Positions 9,939 through 19,738 of a DNA stretch of 64,000 bases are shown piece by piece. The stretch spans positions 288,001 through 352,000 of the forward strand of contig CAVUKA010000001.1 in the NCBI GenBank assembly GCA_963741945.1, written 5' to 3'. Under the pieces are notes generated by a model. The model saw nothing but the letters and a program-made list of their open reading frames with translations, was not told where the DNA came from and made no database searches. The stretch's first letter is position 1. Each line of letters starts with the position of its first letter. Source of the DNA: an uncultured Gemmatimonadales bacterium (GTDB lineage: Bacteria; Gemmatimonadota; Gemmatimonadetes; Longimicrobiales; RSA9). Position numbers and translations under genes: made by a program.

Positions 9939-10843
9939 GCGAGGGCGCGGTGGCGGCGGCAGGCCAGCCGGGGGAGGCGCGGCGAGTCGTCGTGGTGGGG
10001 GCGGGTACCATGGGGCATGGGATCGCCCAGGTAGCCGCCATGGCCGGGGCGCAGGTCACACTGGTGGATCGGAGCGCCGACCTGGCCGAGGAAGGGCTCC
10101 GGCGCCTCCGTGCGAACCTCGACGCTGGTGTCGAGAGGGGCAAGGTGGAGCCCGAGCTGCGGGATCGGACCGCGGGTCGGGTCACGGGCGGGACGGACCT
10201 GGAAGCGGCCTCGGCGGACGCCGACCTCGTCGTGGAAGCGGTTCCCGAACGGCTGGAGCTGAAGCGGGAGGTCTTCGCCCGGGCGGAGCAGGCCGCGCCG
10301 GCAGGCGTGCTCCTGGCGAGCAACACGAGCAGCCTGAGCATTACCACCATGCAGCGAGGGCTGGCACACCCGGATCGCCTGATCGGGCTCCATTTCTTCA
10401 ATCCCGTCCACATCATGAAGCTCGTGGAGGTGGTCCGGGGGGAGGCATCGTCCGCGGAAGCGGTCGGGGCGGGCGCCGCGTTCGCGCGCTGGATCGGGAA
10501 GGAGCCGATCGTCGTCCGGGACTCGCCCGGGTTCGCGTCGTCCCGGCTCGGCGTCACCCTCGGGCTGGAAGCCATGCGGATGCTGGAAGAGGGCGTGGCC
10601 AGCGCGGAGGACATCGACACGGCCATGACTCTCGGCTACCGCCATCCCATGGGGCCGCTCCGCCTCACCGACCTGGTGGGGCTCGACGTGCGCCTCCACG
10701 TGGCCGAGTACCTCCACGAGTCGCTCGGGGCCGAGCGCTTCCGACCCCCGGAGATCCTGCGTCGGAAAGTGGCCGCGGGGGAGCTGGGCCAGAAGAGCGG
10801 ACGCGGTTTCTACCACTGGCCCGCCACAGGGGAGGGGGGATGA
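9935..10843 (+). CDS. 3-hydroxyacyl-CoA dehydrogenase (PaaH/Hbd-like)
   Basis: GAGTMGHGIA, EAVPE, SNTSS, HFFNP, PMGPL. Confidence 0.93.
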   Translation: MSEGAVAAAGQPGEARRVVVVGAGTMGHGIAQVAAMAGAQVTLVDRSADLAEEGLRRLRANLDAGVERGKVEPELRDRTAGRVTGGTDLEAASADADLVVEAVPERLELKREVFARAEQAAPAGVLLASNTSSLSITTMQRGLAHPDRLIGLHFFNPVHIMKLVEVVRGEASSAEAVGAGAAFARWIGKEPIVVRDSPGFASSRLGVTLGLEAMRMLEEGVASAEDIDTAMTLGYRHPMGPLRLTDLVGLDVRLHVAEYLHESLGAERFRPPEILRRKVAAGELGQKSGRGFYHWPATGEGG

Positions 10844-11622
10844 CGGAGCTCGAAACCGTGCGCGTCGCCGCGGACGAGGGCGTGGCGACGGTCACCGTGG
10901 ACCGGCCGGAGCGGCGGAATGCGCTGAACGCCGTGGTGCGCCGCGAGCTCACGCGCGTGGTGGAGAGGCTGGCGGGCGAGGACCACGTGCGCGTGGTGGT
11001 GTTCACGGGCGCCGGCGAGAAGGCCTTCATCGCAGGCGCCGACATCGGTGAGTTCGCCGAGCGCACGCCCCTCCAGCAGCGGGCGGCGATGGAAGGGCTG
11101 CGAGTCTACGACGCCATCGCCGCGTTCCCGAAGCCGACGATCGCGTCGATCAACGGCTACGCCCTGGGCGGCGGGTGCGAGCTGGCCCTGGCATGCGACC
11201 TGCGCATCGCCGCCCGCTCCGCCCGGCTCGGTCAGCCCGAAGTCAATCTCGCCCTGCTCCCGGGCGGCGGCGGGACGCAGCGGTTGCCGCGGCTCGTGGG
11301 CCTCGGCCGCGCCATGCGGCTGATCCTCACCGGCGAGATCATCACTGCGGAGGAAGCCGAGCGGATCGGGCTCGTGGACGAGCTGGTGGACGACGACGCG
11401 CTCGCCGCCCGCACCCGCGAGCTGGCCGCCTCCATCGCCGGCCATTCCCCGGTGGCGCTCAAGCTCATCAAGGAAGCGGTGCGCGCGTCCGCGGAGCTGC
11501 CGCTGAGCGCGGGACTGGCCCTCGAGCGAGAGCTCTTCCTCTCGGCGTTCGCAAGCGAGGATCGTGTGGAAGGAGTGGCCGCGTTCCTGGAGAAGCGGGC
11601 AGCCGTGTTCAAGGGGAGGTGA
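10840..11622 (+). CDS. enoyl-CoA hydratase (PaaF-like)
   Basis: AFIAGADI, ALGGGCE, GQPEVNL, GGTQRLPR. Confidence 0.92.
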   Translation: MTELETVRVAADEGVATVTVDRPERRNALNAVVRRELTRVVERLAGEDHVRVVVFTGAGEKAFIAGADIGEFAERTPLQQRAAMEGLRVYDAIAAFPKPTIASINGYALGGGCELALACDLRIAARSARLGQPEVNLALLPGGGGTQRLPRLVGLGRAMRLILTGEIITAEEAERIGLVDELVDDDALAARTRELAASIAGHSPVALKLIKEAVRASAELPLSAGLALERELFLSAFASEDRVEGVAAFLEKRAAVFKGR

Positions 11623-11624
11623 CC

Positions 11625-11882
11625 ATGCCCAGGAATCCGTTCGGCGACGATCGCGGCGACGCACCGCGGGCCGCCAACCCGTTCGGCGAGGAGACGCCGG
11701 CGTCGCCCGACCCCGACGCGGACCCGGCCGACACGATCGCGTACTCCGCCGCTCGTATTCGGCGGTTGAAGTCGCTGGTCGGTGCGGAGGGGCTCACGCT
11801 GTCCGCCACGAGGGAGCTCCTGGATCACGTGAGCGCCGCGCTGGACGCGGCAGCCCGTGCGCTGCGGGGGCGCGAGCGCTAG
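11625..11882 (+). CDS. small hypothetical protein (85 aa)
   Basis: GGAGGT RBS; ATG 2 nt after the upstream stop; MPRNPFGDD...ANPFGEE followed by a helical C-terminus. Confidence 0.6.
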   Translation: MPRNPFGDDRGDAPRAANPFGEETPASPDPDADPADTIAYSAARIRRLKSLVGAEGLTLSATRELLDHVSAALDAAARALRGRER

Positions 11883-11921
11883 AAGGGGCTGGGCCCCGGC
11901 GTTCCGGAGCCGCCGGGCGGA

Positions 11922-12383
11922 TCAGGCCGCCGGGCTCGCGTCCTCCGGTGCGGGCTGGCCGTTCTGCTGCAGCTCGGCCGCCCGGGCATCCAGCGCTGCC
12001 GCCTCGGCCTCTTCCTCATCCAGCTCATCGGGCACCATGTCGGGATGAGCTTTCCTCGGGGTGCGACTGAGGAGACGGACCATCAGGATTCGCTGCGCCC
12101 GCACGTCGTGCCCCATGTCGACTACCAGCCGCACGAGGTCGCCACCCCCCCAGAGCACCACCGCCACGACGGCGGTACGGGCCGTTTCCCCCAGGAGCGC
12201 CGGGAGCGAGCTGGCCCCCGTCATGCGCAGACCCGCAATGAACTCCGCGGCCAGCGCGACGAAGATGAACACGGCCGCGGCCTTGAAGATCGTGGCCACC
12301 CACCGCAGTCCGGTGTACGGCTCAAGGTCCGTGCTGCGGATCGCGCCGGTCCTGCGCACCCGCGATCTCTCCTGATCTGCCAT
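11922..12383 (-). CDS. hypothetical two-TM membrane protein
   Basis: Two hydrophobic helices and an acidic tail; sits downstream of the rpmA terminator. Confidence 0.7.
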   Translation of the reverse strand: MADQERSRVRRTGAIRSTDLEPYTGLRWVATIFKAAAVFIFVALAAEFIAGLRMTGASSLPALLGETARTAVVAVVLWGGGDLVRLVVDMGHDVRAQRILMVRLLSRTPRKAHPDMVPDELDEEEAEAAALDARAAELQQNGQPAPEDASPAA

Positions 12384-12452
12384 GCCGACCGCCCTGTTCC
12401 AGTTGCCGGGTCATGCGCCCGGGATGCACGTTCGGGGCCACGCACGGGCCTG

Positions 12453-12485
12453 AAAAAGCCCCCCGCGGCCATCACCGCGAGGGGC
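12453..12485 (-). terminator. intrinsic terminator after rpmA
   Basis: GCCCCTCGCGG-TGATGG-CCGCGGGGGGC followed by TTTTT on the minus strand. Confidence 0.8.
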
Positions 12486-12509
12486 CTCCAGCGCCCGGTC
12501 CGGCCGGCG

Positions 12510-12767
12510 TCACTCCGCCGGGTAGACCGATATCTGCTTGCGGTCGCGGCCCCGCCGCTCGAACGTTACGATCCCGTCCGACAGCGCGAACAGGGTGTCA
12601 TCCTTCCCCCGGCCGACGTTCCGGCCCGGATGGAACTTGGTCCCGCGCTGCCGCACCAGGATGTTTCCCGCCAGAACGCTCTCGCCGCCGTACTTCTTCA
12701 CGCCCAGATACTGCGCATTCGAATCGCGGCCGTTCCGGGTCGAGCCGACGCCTTTCTTATGTGCCAT
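12510..12767 (-). CDS. rpmA: 50S ribosomal protein L27
   Basis: [16 protein letters not shown]...ILVRQRGT. Confidence 0.99.
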   Translation of the reverse strand: MAHKKGVGSTRNGRDSNAQYLGVKKYGGESVLAGNILVRQRGTKFHPGRNVGRGKDDTLFALSDGIVTFERRGRDRKQISVYPAE

Positions 12768-12781
12768 ATGCTACCTCCCGC

Positions 12782-13096
12782 TCAGCCGGCGTTGATCTGA
12801 TCGATCCGGACCGCCGTGAACTTCTGACGGTGGCCCTGCTTGCGACGGTAGTTCTTCCGCCGCTTCCACTTGAACACGATCACCTTCTTGCCCTTCCCGT
12901 GCTCCACCACCTCACCGGTGACGGAAGCACCTTCCACGCTCGGCGCACCCACCTTCACGCCGTCGTCGGTCTGGGCGACGAGGACGTCATCGAACGTCAC
13001 CGTCTCCCCGGGCTCCGCCTTGAGCGACGGGACCTTGATCGTCTGTCCGGGCTCGGCCCGGAACTGTTTCCCGCCAGTGCGGATAATCGCGTACAT
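12782..13096 (-). CDS. rplU: 50S ribosomal protein L21
   Basis: [11 protein letters not shown]...KQGHRQ. Confidence 0.99.
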   Translation of the reverse strand: MYAIIRTGGKQFRAEPGQTIKVPSLKAEPGETVTFDDVLVAQTDDGVKVGAPSVEGASVTGEVVEHGKGKKVIVFKWKRRKNYRRKQGHRQKFTAVRIDQINAG

Positions 13097-13198
13097 ATCG
13101 GCTTGTCTTCAGGTTCGTGTACAGACGGAGGAAGTTGGGTCCTCGATCCGGTTTCGTCAACCCCGGGAACGGCGTGGGTCCATGGACCCGTGGGCGCG

Positions 13199-14728
13199 TC
13201 AGACGGCGTAGCGGGTGGTCACATCCGTGTGGGCGGGCCCGGAGAGGAGGCGGAACTCGTCCGCCTTCATGAGCGGGTCGTCGCGCATGTCGAGGTCGAG
13301 CTGGAGGCGACCGGCCAGGCGCCGGAGGAAATCGGGCTCGTCCTCGAGGATATGGAGCGCCACCTGGGGGTGCAGCCGGATGGAAAGGCGCCGGTCGGCG
13401 CCATTCACGGCGGCCCTGCGGAGCGCCCGCTCGATGCGCCGCACCACGGTCTCGGGGGTGAAGACCCGGCCAGCGCCCTGGCAGTGGGCGCACGGCTCGG
13501 TCAGCGAGTAGTAGAGGCTGGGGCGGACGCGCTGGCGCGTCATCTCCACCAGTCCGAGCTCGGAGACCTGGAAGGCGCGGGTCCGTGCGCGATCGCGGTT
13601 CAGGTAGGTACGGAGCTCCTGGAGCACCCGGTCCTGATTGGTCTTCGTCTCCATGTCGATGAAGTCGACCACGATGATGCCGCCGATGTCGCGGAGTCGG
13701 AGCTGGCGGGCGACCTCCCGGGCGGCGTCGAGGTTGGTCTTCAGGATGGTCTTCTCGGGATCCTTCTTCCCCGTGTAGCGGCCCGTGTTCACGTCCACGG
13801 AGACGAGGGCCTCCGTGGGCTCGATGATCAGGTACCCGCCGGAGGGGAGGTCGACGCGTCGCTGGAACGCCTCCCGGATCGCCTCCTCGACGCCGTACTC
13901 GTCGAAGAGAGGGAGCGGTTCGTCATAGAGATGGACGCGGGACATGAGGTCGGGATCGATCCCGTCCAGGTAGCGCTTGATCTCCTCGTGGACCTCCCCG
14001 CTATCCACCTTGAGGGAATCCACCTTGTTGGTGAAGATGTCCCGGATGATCCCCTTGGTGAGGCCGGCCTCGCGGTGGACCAAGGCTGGGGCCCGCACGC
14101 TGCGGGCCTTCTTCTGGATCTGCTTCCACGTGCCGAGGAGTGTCTTGAGCTCCCGCTTGAAGAGCTCCGGCGTGAGCTCCTCCCCGGCCGTCCGGATGAT
14201 CAGGCCGCCGGCGCCGTCCGGGAGATTCTCCCTGGCCATGCGACGCAGCCGGGCGCGCTCCTCGCGATCATCGATCTTGCGGCTGACGCCGACATGATCG
14301 GACTGCGGCATGAGGACGAGGAACCGTCCGGGCAGGGAGATCTGGCTGGTGACGCGGGGGCCCTTCGTGGAAATGGCCTCCTTGGTCACCTGCACCAGGA
14401 TCTTCTGCCCCTTCTTCAGTACTTCCTGGATGGGCGGGTGGCTGCGCCGGCCGTTGCCGCCGTTGCCGCCGTTGCCATTGCCGTTTTCGTCGTCATCCTC
14501 CTCCTCGGCCAGATCGGAGCCGTGGAGGAAGGCGGCCTTGTCCGTGCCGATCTCGACGAAGGCCGCCTGGATCCCGGGGAGGACCGCCTGCACCTCCCCG
14601 AGGTAGATGTCACCGACAATGCGGCCGGCGTCCGGCCGTTCGACCAGGAACTCGACGAGGACGTCGTCCTCGAGTATCGCCACGCGCGCTTCCTGCGGCG
14701 CGGACGAGATCAAAATTTCTCGCTTCAT
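13199..14728 (-). CDS. ribonuclease E/G family
   Basis: GDIYLG, S1 domain, KGPRVT, DVNTG, GGIIVVDFIDM, CAHCQG zinc link. Confidence 0.95.
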   Translation of the reverse strand: MKREILISSAPQEARVAILEDDVLVEFLVERPDAGRIVGDIYLGEVQAVLPGIQAAFVEIGTDKAAFLHGSDLAEEEDDDENGNGNGGNGGNGRRSHPPIQEVLKKGQKILVQVTKEAISTKGPRVTSQISLPGRFLVLMPQSDHVGVSRKIDDREERARLRRMARENLPDGAGGLIIRTAGEELTPELFKRELKTLLGTWKQIQKKARSVRAPALVHREAGLTKGIIRDIFTNKVDSLKVDSGEVHEEIKRYLDGIDPDLMSRVHLYDEPLPLFDEYGVEEAIREAFQRRVDLPSGGYLIIEPTEALVSVDVNTGRYTGKKDPEKTILKTNLDAAREVARQLRLRDIGGIIVVDFIDMETKTNQDRVLQELRTYLNRDRARTRAFQVSELGLVEMTRQRVRPSLYYSLTEPCAHCQGAGRVFTPETVVRRIERALRRAAVNGADRRLSIRLHPQVALHILEDEPDFLRRLAGRLQLDLDMRDDPLMKADEFRLLSGPAHTDVTTRYAV

Positions 14729-14739
14729 ACCTCACGTGT

Positions 14740-15960
14740 TCATCTCCCGTCGAAAGTCTCATCGAAGAGCTGGCGCGCAATGACGAGGCGCTGGATCTCG
14801 TTCGTGCCTTCGCCGATCTGACAGACCTTGGCATCGCGCATGTGCCGTTCAACGGGATACTCGTTCGTGTAACCGTAGCCGCCCAGGACCTGCACGGCCT
14901 GGGTGGTGATGTCCATTGCGGCATCGCTCGCGTACAGCTTGGCCATGGAGGCCTCCTTCGTGTACGGGCGACCCGTTTCCTTCAGCCACGCGGCATGATA
15001 GACCAGGTGCCGCGCGGCCTGTATTCGTGTGGCCATATCGGCCAGCCGGAACTGTATACCCTGGAAGTCCCGCAGAGGTCTGCCGAACTGCCTGCGTCGG
15101 TCGGAGAAGCGGAGCGCGGTCTCATACGCGCCCTGCGCGAGCCCGAGTGCCAGCGCCCCCACGCCGATGCGTCCGGCGTCCAGGGTCTTCATGAAATTGA
15201 CGAACCCCCGCCCTTCCTCGCCCAGCCGGTTTCCGGTCGGGACCCGTACGTCGTCGAAGAGGAGCTCGCGCGTGTCGGACGAGCGCCAGCCCATCTTGTC
15301 CTCTTTCTTTCCCGCGCGCACGCCGTCCATGAACGGCTCGAGCTCCGGTGCGTGCCCAACGCCGACGCGGTCCGCGTCCGCGCGGTCCGTGGTCTCCTTG
15401 GTCACGATGAAGCTCGTGATCCCGCGCGGGCCCTGGCTGCGGTCGGTCACGGCCGTGGCCACGAAGATCTCACCCACACCGGCGTGGGTGATGAAGATCT
15501 TGCTTCCATTGAGCCGATAGTGCCCGTTCTCCCGAACGGCGGTGGTGCGGCTGCCACCGGCATCGGAGCCGGCGTCGGCCTCCGTGAGTCCGAACCCGCC
15601 CAGCACCCTCCCGGCCGCCAGCAGAGGCACGTAGCGCTGGCGCTGCTCCGGAGTGCCGAAATTGAGGATCGGCGAAAGCGCGAGCGTGCTGTGGGCGCTG
15701 ACCGTGATGGAGTGGCTCGCATCGATCCGGGCGAGCTCTTCCACGGTCAGGATATAGGTCAGGTAATCGCGGCCGAGACCGCCGTACTCCTCCGGCACGT
15801 TCACCCCGAACCAGCCGCGCTCCGCCATGCTGGCCACGTTGTCCCAGGGGAAGCGGCTCTGCTCGTCCAGCGCTCCGGCCACGGGCGCGATTTCCGCCTC
15901 GGCGAAAGCGCGAACGTCGCGGCGGTGGGCCTCGTGCTCGTCGGTCAGATAGGGCTGCAT
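14740..15960 (-). CDS. acyl-CoA dehydrogenase
   Basis: GLTEADAGSD, LNGSKIFIT, KMGWRSS, RRQFG, GGYGY, IGEGTNEIQR. Confidence 0.95.
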   Translation of the reverse strand: MQPYLTDEHEAHRRDVRAFAEAEIAPVAGALDEQSRFPWDNVASMAERGWFGVNVPEEYGGLGRDYLTYILTVEELARIDASHSITVSAHSTLALSPILNFGTPEQRQRYVPLLAAGRVLGGFGLTEADAGSDAGGSRTTAVRENGHYRLNGSKIFITHAGVGEIFVATAVTDRSQGPRGITSFIVTKETTDRADADRVGVGHAPELEPFMDGVRAGKKEDKMGWRSSDTRELLFDDVRVPTGNRLGEEGRGFVNFMKTLDAGRIGVGALALGLAQGAYETALRFSDRRRQFGRPLRDFQGIQFRLADMATRIQAARHLVYHAAWLKETGRPYTKEASMAKLYASDAAMDITTQAVQVLGGYGYTNEYPVERHMRDAKVCQIGEGTNEIQRLVIARQLFDETFDGR

Positions 15961-16013
15961 AGGGCAGTTACGCCTGGTTCCATCGCCTGGGCCATGGCCG
16001 GCGGACCGGCACG

Positions 16014-16057
16014 AAAAAACGCCCCCGCCGGGCAGCGCCCTGCCGGAGCGGGCGGCG
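16014..16057 (-). terminator. intrinsic terminator-like hairpin between recQ and the acyl-CoA dehydrogenase
   Basis: GC-rich imperfect hairpin followed by TTTTTT on the minus strand. Confidence 0.6.
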
Positions 16058-16179
16058 CCGACCGCGCCGCGGGGTCTATTGTTCCAGCGTGCAACTTATT
16101 ACGACGGCCCATGGACGGCCAGCCTGCGTCCACCGCTGCCCCGGAACGGGACCGAACGGAAGGCGGGAACGCCGGGATC

Positions 16180-17958
16180 TCAGCGTGGGGCGCGGAGCCT
16201 GCGCCGGGGAGCGGGCCAGCCGGGGATGATGCGGCGATCGGCGGGGAGACACCGATCGCAGCGGCCGCATCGCCAGGGTGCCGACTCGCCGAAGTACGAC
16301 AGGATGTACTTCCTGCGGCAGCCGCTCTGGAACGCGTAACCCTGCATGCGCCGGAGCTTGTCCAGATCGTGGTGGTGCTTGCGGGCCTGACCACTCCAGT
16401 CGATGCCGCGGCCGGGGGTGTGGAACGGCTCGAGCAGGCGGAATCGTGCTCCCATGCCGCGGGGTCGCCATTCGAGGAAGCCATCGGCGGCGAGGCGATC
16501 GAGGAGGCGACGTCGATCGGCGGCGGGTAGCGCGGGGAGCAGCTCTTCGGGCGGGAGCGGACTCCAGCGGTGGCTGAGCTCGGGCTCCAGCGCCGCGCGC
16601 ACGGACTCGATCATGTCGCGGGCAGTGCGGTCGTCAGGGAGCTCGCGGGCGACGCGTGCCGGGGAGGCGATGACCCGGATCCAGGCGCCGGAGGTGGCGC
16701 TGCCCTCGCGGGCGATGGCGCCACTGGAGGACAGGAGTCGCAGCACGGCCTCGAGGCGGCGGGCACCGCCGGCGAGGCGAGCCGCCTGTCGGAAGAGGTC
16801 GCCATGGAGGAGGACCGTATCGGCGTCGCAGGGCTCGCGGCCGGCGGCGGCCGCCATGGTCAGCAGGCGCGCCACGGATTCAGTGATCTGCCGGTCCGGG
16901 TGCGCCTGTTCCAGGAGGAACTGGTTCGTGAATCGGTCGGCATAGGCGTACAGGAGCACGCAGTCGGCGTCCCTGCGGTCCCGACCCGCGCGGCCAGCCT
17001 CCTGGTAGTAATCCTCCATGGTGGAGGGGGTGTTGTAGTGCACCACGAGCCGCACATCGGGCTTGTCGATCCCCATGCCGAATGCGTTCGTCGCGGTCAC
17101 GGTCCGAAGCTCTCCGCCCATGAACGCGTCCTGCAGCCGCTCGCGCTCCGGGGCCCCGATTCCCGCGTGGTAGCCGCCCGCGGGGATGCCATGCCGATTG
17201 AGGAGATTGGTGACGGAATCGACCTGCTTCCGGGTGGTGGCGTATACGATGGCACTCCCCTCCCCACCGCCCCGCCGGCGATCGCCCAGGAGGCGAACCA
17301 GGAGGTCGTCCTTCTCGGCGTCGTTCCGGGCGGCGAGGACGTGCCAGCGCAGGTTCGGCCGGTCGAACCCCTTCGCCACGACGAGGGGTGCGCGCAGGTG
17401 AAGGTAGCGGACGATGTCGTCGCGTACCTCGGGCGTGGCGGTGGCGGTCAGGGCCATGGTCCGGCAGGCGAGGCGATCACGGATCTCCCCCAGGCGCAGG
17501 TAGCTGGGGCGGAAATCGTGCCCCCACTGGGATATGCAATGCGCTTCGTCGACGACGAAGAAGCCCACGTGGAGTCGATCGAGGCGGTCCATGAATGAGC
17601 GACTGGCGAAGCGCTCGGGGGCGATGTACAGCAGCCGGATTTCTCCCGCCTCGACGGCATCCAGGCGGCGGCGGACTTCCGGGGCCTCGAGCGTCGAGTT
17701 CACGTACGTGGCGGCGAGCCCCGCCCGCCGCATGCCGTCGACCTGGTCCTGCATGAGCGAGATGAGGGGGCTGACCACGAGGGTGGCTCCGCGGACCAGC
17801 TGTGCGGGGACCTGGAAGCACAGGCTCTTGCCCCCGCCCGTGGGCATGAGGACGAGAACGTCGCGGCCGCCGAGCGCGGCTTCCACGGCCCGGCCCTGGC
17901 CGGGGCGGAAGTCCGGGTACCCGAAGTGGCGGCGCAGGATCTCGCGGGCGGCATCCAT
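16180..17958 (-). CDS. recQ: RecQ family ATP-dependent DNA helicase (no HRDC domain seen)
   Basis: [44 protein letters not shown]-terminal CRR...CGRCDRC zinc site. Confidence 0.93.
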   Translation of the reverse strand: MDAAREILRRHFGYPDFRPGQGRAVEAALGGRDVLVLMPTGGGKSLCFQVPAQLVRGATLVVSPLISLMQDQVDGMRRAGLAATYVNSTLEAPEVRRRLDAVEAGEIRLLYIAPERFASRSFMDRLDRLHVGFFVVDEAHCISQWGHDFRPSYLRLGEIRDRLACRTMALTATATPEVRDDIVRYLHLRAPLVVAKGFDRPNLRWHVLAARNDAEKDDLLVRLLGDRRRGGGEGSAIVYATTRKQVDSVTNLLNRHGIPAGGYHAGIGAPERERLQDAFMGGELRTVTATNAFGMGIDKPDVRLVVHYNTPSTMEDYYQEAGRAGRDRRDADCVLLYAYADRFTNQFLLEQAHPDRQITESVARLLTMAAAAGREPCDADTVLLHGDLFRQAARLAGGARRLEAVLRLLSSSGAIAREGSATSGAWIRVIASPARVARELPDDRTARDMIESVRAALEPELSHRWSPLPPEELLPALPAADRRRLLDRLAADGFLEWRPRGMGARFRLLEPFHTPGRGIDWSGQARKHHHDLDKLRRMQGYAFQSGCRRKYILSYFGESAPWRCGRCDRCLPADRRIIPGWPAPRRRLRAPR

Positions 17959-18109
17959 GGGCAATGGCGGAACGTGAAGCCGGAGCCGGCGCGGCACCGT
18001 TCGGCGACGCAGCGGCCCGGTCCGGGCGTAGACTCCGAGCCGAAGATCCTGCCGGCGCCGGGGCAAGGGAATGGCGGAGCGGGACGGAGCGGGGAGCCAC
18101 CGGCAGGGG

Positions 18110-18125
18110 CGGCACCGGCCTTGCG
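18110..18125 (+). promoter_or_regulatory. candidate sigma54 promoter
   Basis: CGGCACCGGCCTTGCG, about 50 nt before ATG 18177. Confidence 0.6.
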
Positions 18126-18176
18126 CGGCCGGAGCCGGGGACCGAGCGAACGTGAACACGACCGGAGTCACAGCGG

Positions 18177-18470
18177 ATGAGCATGATCGAGGATGTGGTG
18201 AGCGAGGAGCGGGTCTGGGACGCGGTGTCGCTGGCCACTGCGGCACTGGCCGGCATCGCCGTCCGTCGCCTGCTGGAAACGGCATGGGAGGAGTGGCGCG
18301 ACAGTGAACCGCCGAAGAACCCGGCAGCGCGCTCCGTGGACTGGGGGGATGCGGTCGCGTGGACGATCGCGTCCGGGGTGGCCGTAGGGCTGGCGCGCCT
18401 GCTGGCGCGGCGCGGTCTCGCGGAAGGCTGGCGCCTGTGGAGGGGCCACCGCCCCGAAGGGATGGCGTGA
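18177..18470 (+). CDS. DUF4235-like small membrane protein
   Basis: W...EPPKNP...[12 protein letters not shown] pattern. Confidence 0.75.
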   Translation: MSMIEDVVSEERVWDAVSLATAALAGIAVRRLLETAWEEWRDSEPPKNPAARSVDWGDAVAWTIASGVAVGLARLLARRGLAEGWRLWRGHRPEGMA

Positions 18471-18471
18471 G

Positions 18472-19602
18472 CTAGGTGCTGGAAGCCGCCGCGCGCGACG
18501 GAGGGCCGCTCATCGCCGCGTGGATCTCCTCGAGCTGCTGCGCGCGATGCTCGCAGGTGTGGCCGGCGAGGATCGTGCGACGGCCGTGCTCGCTCAGCCG
18601 CTGGCGCGCTTCGGCGTCGGACGCCAGGACGCGGATCGCCGCCCGCATCTCCGCCGGCGTTTCCACGCGAAGATAGTCCTCGCCCGCGCAGAACAGCCCT
18701 TCGGTGTCCGGCCACGGCGTCGAGATGAGTGGAATGCCGGCGGCCAGCGCCTCGAAGGGCCGGATGGTGGGGATACCCGGGAGGCGGTCCAGGTACGGGC
18801 CTCGGGGAATGTGGATGGTCATGCGTGCGCGGGAGAACGCGTCGGGCACGTGGTAGTTGGCGATCCAGCCGCGGAAGTCGATTCCGGCGTCCTCGAGCTC
18901 CGCGCGCGCTTCCTCGGGATAGCGCACCCCGTGCACGGCAAAGCGAAGCTCCGGCAAGGCGCGGGCGGAGTCGACGAGGAAGGCGCGGATCTCGGCGCTG
19001 CGCTCCTCGTCGCCCCAGTTGCCGATCCACACCACGTCGTCCGTCTTCTCGCGGTCGCGGGGGAAGAAGAGGGTGGTGTCGGCGGCCTCGTGGAACGTCC
19101 AGACCCGGTCCATGCCGTAGCGCGTGCGCCAGACGTCCGCGAGCGAGTCGCCGAACGCGAGCACACCGTCATAGTGCTGGAGGTTCAAGCTGGCCATCAC
19201 CCCCGGCGCGCTGACGGCGCGGTGGTGGGTGTCGTGAAAGAGGAGCGTGAAATCGTCGCGCCGCCGCCTCACCAGGCCGACCGCGGCCACGAGCCGGGGA
19301 TCGTTGAACTCATGGACGAGAACCAGGTCAGCGCCGCGGGTGAGCTCGTCCACCTCATCGACGATCCCCTCCCATGGCCCGTACATGCGGACGTCCAGGT
19401 CGTGGAAGACGCGGGCGAATTCCACGATCGGGCCATGGCCGTGATCCTCCATGAGGCTGTCCGTGGACCAGTTCCTCCAGCGCTCGCACGCCGTGACATC
19501 GTGCCCCCGGGCCGCCAGGGCCCGCATGAGACCACGCAGGAAATGGGCGTTCCCGTGGCTCCAGTCGCTCACGACCGAGTGGACGAAGAGGACGATCTTC
19601 AA
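18472..19602 (-). CDS. CgeB-family (spore-maturation-like) glycosyltransferase
   Basis: SDWSHGNAHFLRGL, HDTHHRAVS, FHEAAD, WIGNWGDEER, GIPTIRPFEALAAG (GT-B, Glyco_trans_1_2-like). Confidence 0.88.
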   Translation of the reverse strand: MKIVLFVHSVVSDWSHGNAHFLRGLMRALAARGHDVTACERWRNWSTDSLMEDHGHGPIVEFARVFHDLDVRMYGPWEGIVDEVDELTRGADLVLVHEFNDPRLVAAVGLVRRRRDDFTLLFHDTHHRAVSAPGVMASLNLQHYDGVLAFGDSLADVWRTRYGMDRVWTFHEAADTTLFFPRDREKTDDVVWIGNWGDEERSAEIRAFLVDSARALPELRFAVHGVRYPEEARAELEDAGIDFRGWIANYHVPDAFSRARMTIHIPRGPYLDRLPGIPTIRPFEALAAGIPLISTPWPDTEGLFCAGEDYLRVETPAEMRAAIRVLASDAEARQRLSEHGRRTILAGHTCEHRAQQLEEIHAAMSGPPSRAAASST

Positions 19603-19645
19603 GGCACCTCGCCTGTGGTTCGTGCGTTGTCCGGGCGCCGCGACG

Positions 19646-19661
19646 TGCAGGACTCAGGCCA
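19646..19661 (-). promoter_or_regulatory. candidate sigma54 promoter
   Basis: TGGCCTGAGTCCTGCA, about 45 nt upstream of the CgeB-like start. Confidence 0.4.
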
Positions 19662-19738
19662 GCCAGAACGCCGGACGGAGGATCCGGACGCGGTATGCGT
19701 CGCCCGGGCGCCGCTCCCCGCCCGGTCCGCGCCCCCGT

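Noticed and set aside
12425-12440. Further sigma54-like site TGGCCCCGAACGTGCA upstream of the 11922-12383 gene
   Set aside because: Spacing is right but it lacks both CAC and TTGC; too weak against a GC-rich background.
14449-14484. Tandem CCGTTG-type repeats
   Set aside because: They encode a short GNGNGGNGGNG linker inside RNase E/G; not a CRISPR array or independent repeat.
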